36,890 bases of DNA, taken from positions 1 through 36,890 of the forward strand of contig JAFXKQ010000058.1 of assembly GCA_017531625.1 (NCBI GenBank), read 5' to 3'. This document shows positions 16,846 through 25,909 of this stretch, one piece after another (the stretch's first letter is position 1; every line of letters starts with the position of its first letter). Position numbers and translations under genes: made by a program. The notes beneath the pieces are model-generated. The model made no database searches. It had not been told where the DNA came from and was given only the letters and a program-made list of their open reading frames with translations. The DNA comes from Clostridia bacterium. GTDB taxonomy: Bacteria; Bacillota; Clostridia; Oscillospirales; CAG-382.

Positions 16846-18276
16846 ATGTCTGTCCCAATGATTATGAGGCGTTTGTACGCTTCCGATTACTTGATAAAAG
16901 AAAAAGACCGTAAAGGAGAACTACCAAGTACAAAATCAGCATACACAAACTTTTTCAAGTTTGCGTGGCCCTCAATGGCAGAATCCCTGCTTATTTCCCT
17001 GGTTGGGCTTGTGGATACACAGATGGTTTCGGGTCTCGGCTCGTCCGCCGTTACAGCAGTGGGCGTAACCAACCAGCCAAAGTTCTTGTTTTATGCTCCC
17101 CTCTTCGCCCTTAACGTAGGCGTAACCGCCATTGTCAGCCGAAGAAAAGGACAAAACGACAGAGAAGGCGCAAACCGCTGTCTGGCACAGGCGATCCTGC
17201 TTGTGGTGGTGTTGGGCGCATTGCTTTGCGGTACCGCGATTGCGGTGGCAGAACCGCTTATCCGCTTTGCGGGCGGAAGCGATGCGGTAATAGACGAAGC
17301 AGTAACTTATTACCGGATCATAATGGTAGGTATGTTCTTTACCGCCTTGGGCCTTGTTATTAACGGCTCCCACAGAGGCACGGGAAAAACCCAGATTTCC
17401 ATGATTGCCAACGTAACCGCAAACCTGATAAACTGCCTGTTCAACTACTTACTCATTAACGGGCATCTTTTCTTCCCCGCCCTTGGGGTAAAAGGAGCGG
17501 CAATTGCTACTCTGATAGGAAACATAGTTTCCTGCCTCATCTCGGTTTACACAGTCTTCTTTAGAAAAAACAGTTACTTACGCATTAAATTCAGAGAAAT
17601 TTTCCGTCTTGACACAAAGCTTTTGGCACTCATCGGCAACGTGGCGAGCGGCGCCGCTGTGGAGCAGGTCTTTTTGCGTTTCGGATTCTTTGCGTACTCC
17701 ATTTTGGTAAACAATCTCGGAGATGCCGCAATCGCCACGCACACAGCTTGCATGACCATCGTAACCATCTCATTTGCAGTGGGTGACGGATTGGGAATCG
17801 CTTCGTCCGCCTTGGTAGGTCAAAACCTCGGAAAAAAACGTCCCGATCTGTCAAAGCTTTACGGCAAAGTAGGTCAACGAATTGGAATAATCGTTTCAGT
17901 CATCCTCGTCCTGCTTTTCACGCTTGGAGCTAATTTCTTGGTTTCAATTTTTGTTGTAGAAGGCGACCCGAATGCGGAATACATGCTGTCGGTAGGCGTA
18001 ATTCTGCTGTACATTTTGGCGGCAACCTCACCCGCACAGATTTCACAGGTGGTTTACAACGGCTGTCTTAGAGGCGCAGGAGACACAAAGTTTGTAGCCC
18101 TCACCTCGCTTGTTACCATCGCACTTATCCGCCCCCTCACCACCTACGTGCTTTGTTACCCCTTGGGGCTCGGGCTCATCGGCGCGTGGATAAGCCTGCT
18201 TATTGACCAGTACCTGAGGCTTGCTTTCTCCTCAATCCGTTTTATCGGCGGTAAATGGAGTAAGATAGTTATTTAA
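16846..18276 (+). CDS. MATE family efflux transporter
   Basis: FAWPSMAE, LGVKGAAIAT, VGQNLG, LRGAGDTK. Start moved to ATG 16846 (RBS AGAGGA, downstream of the promoter). Confidence 0.93.
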   Translation: MSVPMIMRRLYASDYLIKEKDRKGELPSTKSAYTNFFKFAWPSMAESLLISLVGLVDTQMVSGLGSSAVTAVGVTNQPKFLFYAPLFALNVGVTAIVSRRKGQNDREGANRCLAQAILLVVVLGALLCGTAIAVAEPLIRFAGGSDAVIDEAVTYYRIIMVGMFFTALGLVINGSHRGTGKTQISMIANVTANLINCLFNYLLINGHLFFPALGVKGAAIATLIGNIVSCLISVYTVFFRKNSYLRIKFREIFRLDTKLLALIGNVASGAAVEQVFLRFGFFAYSILVNNLGDAAIATHTACMTIVTISFAVGDGLGIASSALVGQNLGKKRPDLSKLYGKVGQRIGIIVSVILVLLFTLGANFLVSIFVVEGDPNAEYMLSVGVILLYILAATSPAQISQVVYNGCLRGAGDTKFVALTSLVTIALIRPLTTYVLCYPLGLGLIGAWISLLIDQYLRLAFSSIRFIGGKWSKIVI

Positions 18277-18335
18277 AACAACCCGCCTAAACCCAAAAGA
18301 CGCATCTTACCAAACACAACAATCGGATAAAAAGT

Positions 18336-18372
18336 AACGGAGGCAACTTCTTTTTGAAGTGCCTCCGTTTTT
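18336..18372. terminator. Bidirectional intrinsic terminator
   Basis: AACGGAGGCA-ACTTC...GAAG-TGCCTCCGTT with flanking A and T tracts, between convergent genes. Confidence 0.85.
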
Positions 18373-18399
18373 ATTTGCTTTTTAGTTATGAATAAATCC

Positions 18400-20292
18400 T
18401 TAAACTATGATGATGTCAAGATTCTTATCCTTAACGGTTACACCGTCACGGTTGAGAGCTACCCAAACGTCTCCGCTGATTTCGCCCTCACACTTAACGA
18501 TAATCAATTTTCCGCCGCCAAGGTCTACCCTTGCGTATTTCTTTTCGCCGTAGTCAAGAATCTCGCTTACAGTGCCTCTGAAGCAAATGCCGTTAATCTC
18601 GCTGTCGGACACAGCAACCGCATCTGCACCAAAAACGTACTCAAGCGGAGTCTTAAAGATTTTAGTACCCTTGCAGGCAAAAAGCTTTTCACTGATTCTC
18701 TTGGAGGAAGCGATTCTTTGACCTGCAATTTCCATGTAGAAGCTGTAAACCTTCTTGCCGTTCTCCACTTCTTTAACTTTAACGAACTCTCCGTCAAGCG
18801 TGTTTACGGTGTCCAAAGGCTTAACATCAAGGGCAGTAAGCTCAACACGGCTGAAGTCCAAACCGAAAGCAACTTCTGCACCTGCGGAAAATCTTGCCTC
18901 GCCCTTTTCCACAGCAAACATGGTAAGCTCTCCGACTTTGAGCTGGTAAACCTGTTTACCCTCAATGCTTTCCACTGCTTCGACCTTCGCCTTGCCCTGA
19001 CCGTCGCCAAGGAGGAGCGCATCGGTGGGAATGATAAGCTCGCTCTTTGCGCCCTTAATGTGACTGAGAGCCTTAGGAAGTTCAAACGACTGAGAAGCAA
19101 AGCTGAGTTTCGCACCGTCAACAACTGCATCCACTGCGTTGACCTCGGGTACACGGAGTTTAATGCTCTTCTCGCTCTCCTTATCGAAAACGTGCAACTT
19201 GTTTTTGTTAATTGCTATGTCAATGATTTCGCCTCTGTTAGCAGGGTAATCGCCGGGAACCTTGATGGTAATCGAACCTTCTGCGGCATCAATGTCATCA
19301 GTATTGAGGTTTGCATAAATGAGTGTTTCGCCGCCGAGGGCTTCCACCACGCTGACAACCGCTTTCATCTTAGCCCATTCGTTCTCATTAAGACTCCCGT
19401 CATCGACCTTTACGTCGTCGGGACGAACGCCCACAACAACGGGATGCTTTCCGTCCATAAACTTAACAAGAATCTTATTAGCGAGGCTGTAATCCATGCT
19501 GATGGAACTGCCGCACTCAAAATCAAACTTTACGTTATTGCCCTGCTTGGTGATGGTACCGTCAAAGAAATTCATCTGCGGAGTGCCGATGAATCCCGCA
19601 ACAAAGATGTTACCGGGGTACTTGTAAAGATTCTGAGGGGTGTCGATCTGCTGAACGTAACCCGCCTTCATAACTACGATTCTCGTACCCATGGTCATCG
19701 CTTCGACCTGATCGTGGGTAACGTAGATAAAAGTAGTCTGAAGTTTTTCGTGAAGCCTTGAAATTTCAGCTCTCATGGCAGCACGGAGTTTTGCATCCAG
19801 ATTAGAAAGAGGCTCATCGAGGAGGAACACCTTAGGATTACGTACAATAGCACGTCCGAGTGCCACACGCTGACGCTGACCGCCGCTGAGCGCCTTGGGC
19901 TTACGGTCGAGGTACTCGGTAATTCCGAGGATTCTTGCAGCTTCGACAACCTTTTCGTGAATCTCTTCTGCGGGAATCTTAGATGTTTTAAGTGAAAAAG
20001 CAAGGTTGTCGTAAACGCTCATGTGAGGATAAAGAGCGTAGTTCTGGAAAACCATTGCAATATTACGGTCCTTGGGCTCATAATCGTTAACGATAACGTC
20101 ATCAATTCTGAGTTCGCCCGCAGTGATGTCTTCAAGACCCGCAATCATTCTGAGAGTTGTGGACTTACCGCAACCGCTGGGGCCGACAAAAACGATAAAC
20201 TCCTTGTCTTCGATTTCCATACAAAAATCGTTTACCGCTTTTACACCGCCGTCATAAACCTTGTAAATATGTTTAAGTGATAAACTTGCCAT
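18400..20292 (-). CDS. msmX: Sugar ABC transporter ATPase, MsmX/MalK family, with a long C-terminal extension
   Basis: GPSGCGKST, VFQNYALYPHM, LSGGQRQRVA, DEPLSNLDAKLR, FVAGFIG. 630 aa. Confidence 0.92.
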   Translation of the reverse strand: MASLSLKHIYKVYDGGVKAVNDFCMEIEDKEFIVFVGPSGCGKSTTLRMIAGLEDITAGELRIDDVIVNDYEPKDRNIAMVFQNYALYPHMSVYDNLAFSLKTSKIPAEEIHEKVVEAARILGITEYLDRKPKALSGGQRQRVALGRAIVRNPKVFLLDEPLSNLDAKLRAAMRAEISRLHEKLQTTFIYVTHDQVEAMTMGTRIVVMKAGYVQQIDTPQNLYKYPGNIFVAGFIGTPQMNFFDGTITKQGNNVKFDFECGSSISMDYSLANKILVKFMDGKHPVVVGVRPDDVKVDDGSLNENEWAKMKAVVSVVEALGGETLIYANLNTDDIDAAEGSITIKVPGDYPANRGEIIDIAINKNKLHVFDKESEKSIKLRVPEVNAVDAVVDGAKLSFASQSFELPKALSHIKGAKSELIIPTDALLLGDGQGKAKVEAVESIEGKQVYQLKVGELTMFAVEKGEARFSAGAEVAFGLDFSRVELTALDVKPLDTVNTLDGEFVKVKEVENGKKVYSFYMEIAGQRIASSKRISEKLFACKGTKIFKTPLEYVFGADAVAVSDSEINGICFRGTVSEILDYGEKKYARVDLGGGKLIIVKCEGEISGDVWVALNRDGVTVKDKNLDIIIV

Positions 20293-20333
20293 AGTTAATC
20301 TCCTGTCAACAAATCAAATTTGCCGTCACCGGC

Positions 20334-21908
20334 CTACTTCAAAATAGCAATGGATTGTGGAGGTAATTTAAGCTCAGAGCCGTTAAGACTGACGTGAGTG
20401 TTAACATCCACACAAAGCTCACCGACCACTTTTTTGACCTGCAAAGCATCTTTGTCGAGGGTCACAGTCTGGTCAAAAGAGTCGAGATTGATAACAATAA
20501 CAATGCTCTCGTCCTGATAAGACTTTTTAACAACACAGATGTAATTGTTCTGCCCCTCAGGGAAGTACTCAACCGTACCTCTCGCAATGGCGGGGAAGCG
20601 GTTACGCAAGGTCATAGCCTGCTTATAGTAGTTGAGAATGCTGTTCTCGTCCTCGGTCTGCGCCTCAACGGAGGGGAAATAATAACACGTTTCGTCCACC
20701 GTGATTCCCTCAGGCGGCATGTAACACCAACCCTTGTAAACGTTTTTGTCGGACCATTTCATAGCAATTCTCTTAGCGGGGTCGGAATTACTGCCGTTTT
20801 TGCTGATCATTCCGATTTCTTCGCCGTAGTAAACGAAAGTACCGCCATTCATCATAGCGAGAACGCCGCCCGCCATCTTAACGTTTTCTTCACCGGGCAT
20901 AAAGCTGCCGGGACGCATTGTGTCGTGGTTGCCGAGGAACGGAGCTAAGATGCCGTCGGTGTAGGTCTCCTGTAAGGACATAAAGAGCTTTCCGAGCTGA
21001 GCACCGCTCTGCTGTTTGACGATAGTAGCGAGAGTGCCCGTGCCCTGTGAACCTGTAAAGAGGAAAAAGCTGTCAACACCGCTCTTGTAGTATTCGTTAA
21101 TAAGTACGTCCGAGCCAACCCAGGCTTCGCCAACGATGAAGCAGTCGCTCTTGATGGCCTTCGCCTGCCGGTTAACCCAGGAGAGGAACTCCACGTTTTT
21201 CGCAACGTCACCCGTGTAGTAACTTGTGACCGCATCAAGACGGAACCCGTCAACGCCGTGCTCATCGAGCCAAAACTTCATAATGTTAACGATTTCAGCA
21301 CGAAGCGCCTCACTGTCGAGATTGAGGTCGGGCATTCCGCTCCAAAACCGTGCCTCGTAGTAGTAGGGCGTACCGTCCACCTTGGTGTAATCCGCAAGGT
21401 TCTGGGGAACAAAATTGTAGTAATCGCCGTAGGAACCGCCAACGGAACCGTTTTCCTTAATGTACTGACAAGCTTCTTTAAACCAAGGGTGCTGGTTACT
21501 GCTGTGATTGAGCACTAAGTCAAGAATGACCTTAATCCCACGGTTGTGAGCTTCACTCACCAGCTCATCCAGGTCATCGAGGGTGCCGTACTGAGGGTCG
21601 ATGGCGTAGTAATCCGTAACATCGTACTTGTGGTAAGTTGGAGACGGACTGATGGGCATAAGCCAAATGCCGTTAAACCCTAAATCCTTGATGTAATCGA
21701 GCTTTTCCGTAACCCCTTTGAGGTCGCCGATTCCGTCATTGTTTGTGTCGTAGTAGCTGTGGACGAAAATCTCGTACCAGTTACGGTAATTGTCATCAAT
21801 GATGTTTAGCTCTGTGTTGTTTTCGGTGCCGTCGTTGCTCTCTCCGCAAGAAGCGGTAAAGAGGAGCATCACGGCCATCAAAAGCACAAAAAATCTTTTC
21901 TTCATCAT
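20334..21908 (-). CDS. GH13 alpha-amylase family lipoprotein
   Basis: Lipobox FTASC and GH13 regions DLVLNH, GFRLDAV, VGEAW, FLGNHD. Confidence 0.93.
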   Translation of the reverse strand: MMKKRFFVLLMAVMLLFTASCGESNDGTENNTELNIIDDNYRNWYEIFVHSYYDTNNDGIGDLKGVTEKLDYIKDLGFNGIWLMPISPSPTYHKYDVTDYYAIDPQYGTLDDLDELVSEAHNRGIKVILDLVLNHSSNQHPWFKEACQYIKENGSVGGSYGDYYNFVPQNLADYTKVDGTPYYYEARFWSGMPDLNLDSEALRAEIVNIMKFWLDEHGVDGFRLDAVTSYYTGDVAKNVEFLSWVNRQAKAIKSDCFIVGEAWVGSDVLINEYYKSGVDSFFLFTGSQGTGTLATIVKQQSGAQLGKLFMSLQETYTDGILAPFLGNHDTMRPGSFMPGEENVKMAGGVLAMMNGGTFVYYGEEIGMISKNGSNSDPAKRIAMKWSDKNVYKGWCYMPPEGITVDETCYYFPSVEAQTEDENSILNYYKQAMTLRNRFPAIARGTVEYFPEGQNNYICVVKKSYQDESIVIVINLDSFDQTVTLDKDALQVKKVVGELCVDVNTHVSLNGSELKLPPQSIAILK

Positions 21909-21911
21909 AGC

Positions 21912-22886
21912 TTATCCCTTTACCGCACCGCCGGTAACACCCTGGATGTAGTACTTCTGCAACCACATAAAGAGCAGAGTAATGGGGGTAGCAACGATAA
22001 CAGCCGCCGCACAGAAGGTGGTGAAGTACTGCTGAATCATTTCACGTTCAAGCCACTTGTACATACCGAGAGAAACGGTGTACATTCCGGTGTCGGGAAC
22101 GCCGGACATGATGAAGGAAACGAAAATGTAATCGCACCAAGGAGCAATAAAGCTGATAAGAATGGTGTAAATGATAATGGGTTTACTAAGCGGAAGAATG
22201 ATTTTCCAGAAGATTCTCGCACGGCTGGCACCGTCGATTCTCGCCGCCTCGTCAAGGGATTTCGGAACTGTGTCAAAGAACCCCTTAGCGATGTAGTAAT
22301 TGAGCGCCGCACCCGCAGAATAAACGATGATAAGACTGAGGAGGGACTGATAATTGTCGGGAAGAAGAATCTTCAAAAGGAAATAAACCGCCGACATGCT
22401 CATAAATCCGGGGAACATGCCGAGGATGAGCATAACGTTCATCATAGGCTTACGGGCCTTGAACTTGATACGGCTGAAAGCGTAGGAAACGGAAAGCGCA
22501 AAAACCGTAACGATGGTGCAGCTGATAACGCTGACTAAAAGCGTGTTTCCGTACCAGCGGAAGAATTGAGTCTCGTTGAAAAGTCTTTTGTAGTTATCGA
22601 GAGTCCACTCTTGCGGGAAGAACGTAGGACTCCACGCACCGGGTTCGCCTCTGAAAGACTGAATAACCAGATAAATCAAAGGAATTATCCAGATTATGCC
22701 GAGCACGGTCAAAACCGTCTGCCCAACGCTGTTGCCGATAATGCGGTTAATCCTCATACTGCGATGTTTCTTGCGTTTAGGCACCTTAACGGCTTCTTTT
22801 TCGAGTCTGTCGATTTCAGCCCAATCCGTGAGGGGCTGAGCGGAGGTAGCAACGCCGTTGATGTCAATAGTTTTTTCTTTACTCAT
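21912..22886 (-). CDS. Maltodextrin ABC permease, MalG-like
   Basis: KGFFDTVPKSLDEAARIDGAS EAA loop and C-terminal GVTGGAVKG. Confidence 0.93.
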   Translation of the reverse strand: MSKEKTIDINGVATSAQPLTDWAEIDRLEKEAVKVPKRKKHRSMRINRIIGNSVGQTVLTVLGIIWIIPLIYLVIQSFRGEPGAWSPTFFPQEWTLDNYKRLFNETQFFRWYGNTLLVSVISCTIVTVFALSVSYAFSRIKFKARKPMMNVMLILGMFPGFMSMSAVYFLLKILLPDNYQSLLSLIIVYSAGAALNYYIAKGFFDTVPKSLDEAARIDGASRARIFWKIILPLSKPIIIYTILISFIAPWCDYIFVSFIMSGVPDTGMYTVSLGMYKWLEREMIQQYFTTFCAAAVIVATPITLLFMWLQKYYIQGVTGGAVKG

Positions 22887-24433
22887 TGGAAATTGTCCTC
22901 CCCCTTAACCGCCGACGACCTGTTGTAAACAATCAACGAGAAGACGGCTGAAATAACGAATACCAAAATACCTATAACAGAAGCTAACTTGTAATTGCGG
23001 TCAATGCCGAGGGACAGCTTGTACAGCCAGGTAATCAGCAAGTCTGTACCCTTTGCGCCGTCCGTATAAAGCTGGAGGTCGCCGGGACCGCCGCCGCTTA
23101 AAAGGAAAATCACGTTAAAGTTATTAATGTTGCCGATGAACTGAGTAATGAGGTAAGGGCCGGTAACGAACATCATGTAAGGAAGCGTAATTTTCATAAA
23201 AGTACGTACCTTGCTTGCGCCGTCGATTCTTGCAGATTCGTAAAGGTCTGCAGGTATGTTCATAAGGATACCGCTGCACATAAGCATACTGTAAGGCACA
23301 CCGATCCACATATTAACAAGTATGATGCAAATACGGGTAGTTGTGATGTCCAGACCGAACTGCAAATGGTACCCAAAAATGTTTTCGATCCATTGAGTGA
23401 TGATACCGCCGCCACTACCCATGATTCCGCCGCCCGTGTCAAGCATTTTGGACATGATCATAAGCGAAACGAACTGAGGAACAGCGATTGTAGCAACGAA
23501 AAGCGTGCGGTAAAGCTTTTTAAGTCTGATGCCCTTCTTGTTGATGAGCATAGCGAGAAGCATTCCGAAAAAGTAACTTGTAAAGGTAGCGAAGAACGCC
23601 CAAACGAGGGTCCAGCCGAGAACGCGCCAGAAGGTCTGACCGAGGGCGGAACCGCCGTTTAAAATGCTTCCGAAATTCTCAAACCCAACCCATTGGAAAA
23701 GGTGTTCGGGAACCTCGTGGCTTGCATCGTAGTTGGTAAATGCAATGAGGATCATCGTCACCAAGGGAACGATGGTAAAAAGGAACAATCCCACCATGGG
23801 TAAAGAGAGAAGCGTGATGTGGAATTTGCTGTCAAAGAGACGGCCTGTTTCCTGACGGAAATTATCAGCCTTTCTGCCAATGATTTTGCCCTGTTCGAGA
23901 GCAACGCTCTCCTTTACAGAACGGAAATAGATCATGGCAAAGAAAAGAATCATAAACATTGAAAGAATGCCGTAAAGCACGATATGGAAGGAGTTATCGC
24001 CGGCAATCTTTACGTATTCACCGAGGTTATCGTCCCAAACTCCCGAAACGGAGGTTTCAACCAATCCGACATTACCGCCGGTGAAGAAGTTCTGGAAGAA
24101 CATGTATAAGTATTTACCGCCGAAGAAAATGAGGTATGCAATGAAAGCCACTTCAACTCCGAGATAAACAACGCCTTTAACGACCTGACCGCGGAACATG
24201 TGACCGACGCCCATAACGAAATAAGAGACCTTGGTAATGAGGTTACCCCTCCACCAATCAACAAAAAAGTTTTTGACACCGAGAACGATTCCGATGAAAA
24301 AGGCGGCGATGCCCTTTCCCAGCTTAACCCAGAAATTACAAAAGCCCCTGCCGATGCCCGCAAGAGTTTTTTTGCATTTATAGAGAATCCTTTGCCACCA
24401 AGAGAGTCGGTAGTATTCGAGATCCACAGTCAT
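22883..24433 (-). CDS. Maltodextrin ABC permease, MalF-like
   Basis: LYESARIDGAS, FIGNINNFNVIFLL, TDLLITWLYKL. ATG 24433 follows RBS GGAGG. Confidence 0.93.
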   Translation of the reverse strand: MTVDLEYYRLSWWQRILYKCKKTLAGIGRGFCNFWVKLGKGIAAFFIGIVLGVKNFFVDWWRGNLITKVSYFVMGVGHMFRGQVVKGVVYLGVEVAFIAYLIFFGGKYLYMFFQNFFTGGNVGLVETSVSGVWDDNLGEYVKIAGDNSFHIVLYGILSMFMILFFAMIYFRSVKESVALEQGKIIGRKADNFRQETGRLFDSKFHITLLSLPMVGLFLFTIVPLVTMILIAFTNYDASHEVPEHLFQWVGFENFGSILNGGSALGQTFWRVLGWTLVWAFFATFTSYFFGMLLAMLINKKGIRLKKLYRTLFVATIAVPQFVSLMIMSKMLDTGGGIMGSGGGIITQWIENIFGYHLQFGLDITTTRICIILVNMWIGVPYSMLMCSGILMNIPADLYESARIDGASKVRTFMKITLPYMMFVTGPYLITQFIGNINNFNVIFLLSGGGPGDLQLYTDGAKGTDLLITWLYKLSLGIDRNYKLASVIGILVFVISAVFSLIVYNRSSAVKGEDNFQ

Positions 24434-24474
24434 ACCTCCCAAAGAAAATTTGCAACGGGGAAATTTAATTCAAG

Positions 24475-24502
24475 GGGCAAGGGAGCAAAAGCTCCCTCGC
24501 CC
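24475..24502 (-). terminator. Intra-operon stem-loop after the binding-protein gene
   Basis: GGGCAAGGGAGC-AAAA-GCTCCCTCGCCC with a weak U tract. Confidence 0.6.
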
Positions 24503-24516
24503 GTCAGTAAACCGAA

Positions 24517-25830
24517 TTACTTTTTGATCTGATCGCAGAGTGCGTCAAGGTATTCTTGAAGCATGTCGTCAGAAACCTCAGTACCGTCAGCCTTAGCGGT
24601 AATGAGAGGAGTGATAAGGCTGCCCATGGGAGTCCAGTAGTTACCGGGAACGCCCTTCTGAGCTCTGTTGTACTGACCCTGTTCAAGAACTGCGGAAATA
24701 ACAGCATCGTTCTTAACAGCTTCCATTTCAGCAACCTTCTTGTTTGTGGGGCCGAAACCGCGAACTTCGAATCTCTTAAGCTGATTCTCTTCATTGGTGA
24801 GCCACTGAGCGAGCTTGTGAGCTTCGCCCTTGTTCTTGCTGTAACCGTTTACGCCGATGAGCTTGTAGCCCATGTAACCGCTAAGCTGAACGTCACTACC
24901 GCCTATTTTAGCGGTGGGGAGCTTGCAAACGCCCATGTCATCACCGAGGAGTTCCTTAACGGTAGCAGCGTTCCAAGTACCGCTGATAGCAGCAGCAGCT
25001 TCACGCTTACCGCTTGCGTCGGGAGTGAAAGCAGCGATAATTTTGCTGTCGTCAGTCTGAGCAACAAGGCCATCGCGAGCGATGTAAGCGCGCAAAGACT
25101 TCATAACATCAAGACCGGCGGGATCGTTGTAGTTGATGCTTACAGCTGTTTCAACCATAGCTTCGTTGTAGGTTACCTCGTACTTGAGGTCGGGGTTAGC
25201 AAAGAAGAAGCTGGAAAGGTACCAACCGTCATCGTTGAGCTTGAAATGAACGTTCTTGCCTGCTGCTTCAGCAACATCAAGCATGGTATCAAGGCTCTTG
25301 AGATCGTCTGCGTTAGTGAAAACGCTCTTGTCGTAGTAAACGAAGTAGCAGTTGTCACCTGTATTGGGGTAAGCATAAAGCTGATCTTCACCGTTGATGG
25401 TGAGAGTAGCCGCATCAATACTGCCGGCAGTATTGACCTCTTTAATGTTAGTTTCGATTTCGCCGCCTATACGAGCGAGAGCGCCGCCGGCGTAAAGCTT
25501 GTTAATCTGGTCGCTGGGGAAGCTGAACACGTCAGGACCTGCCTGAACGTCGTTAAGAACCTTGTCAGCAGCATCGCTTTCGCTCTGAACGCCGAAGAGG
25601 AACTTGTAAGTGTTCTGGGGATTAGCCTGAGCATAAGCGTTGCACATTTCTTTGAGCATTTCCTGGTCTTCCTGTGCGCCCCAAACGGTAAGGGTGTAGC
25701 TCTGACCCTGTGCAGCGGAAGCGTCGCCTGTGGAAGAGGTGTCGTCGCCGGAGCCGCCGCAAGCTGCGAATGCACCGCAAACCATGATTAAAGAAAGAAC
25801 AAGTGCCAAAATTTTAGTGTAAGACTTCAT
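24517..25830 (-). CDS. Maltodextrin-binding lipoprotein (MalE-like)
   Basis: Lipobox AFAAC, GPDVFSFPSDQ, ISGTWN, YWTPM. Sits upstream of the permeases. Confidence 0.9.
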   Translation of the reverse strand: MKSYTKILALVLSLIMVCGAFAACGGSGDDTSSTGDASAAQGQSYTLTVWGAQEDQEMLKEMCNAYAQANPQNTYKFLFGVQSESDAADKVLNDVQAGPDVFSFPSDQINKLYAGGALARIGGEIETNIKEVNTAGSIDAATLTINGEDQLYAYPNTGDNCYFVYYDKSVFTNADDLKSLDTMLDVAEAAGKNVHFKLNDDGWYLSSFFFANPDLKYEVTYNEAMVETAVSINYNDPAGLDVMKSLRAYIARDGLVAQTDDSKIIAAFTPDASGKREAAAAISGTWNAATVKELLGDDMGVCKLPTAKIGGSDVQLSGYMGYKLIGVNGYSKNKGEAHKLAQWLTNEENQLKRFEVRGFGPTNKKVAEMEAVKNDAVISAVLEQGQYNRAQKGVPGNYWTPMGSLITPLITAKADGTEVSDDMLQEYLDALCDQIKK

Positions 25831-25842
25831 AGATAACCTCCT

Positions 25843-25876
25843 AAAAAAATTGGGGCGGGGCTTATGCCCTGCCCCA
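25843..25876 (-). terminator. Terminator-like hairpin immediately before the binding-protein RBS
   Basis: TGGGGCAGGGC-ATAA-GCCCCGCCCCA followed by ATTTTTTT on the minus strand. Confidence 0.7.
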
Positions 25877-25909
25877 TTCGGAATCTAATATTTGCTATTT
25901 ACAGAAAAA

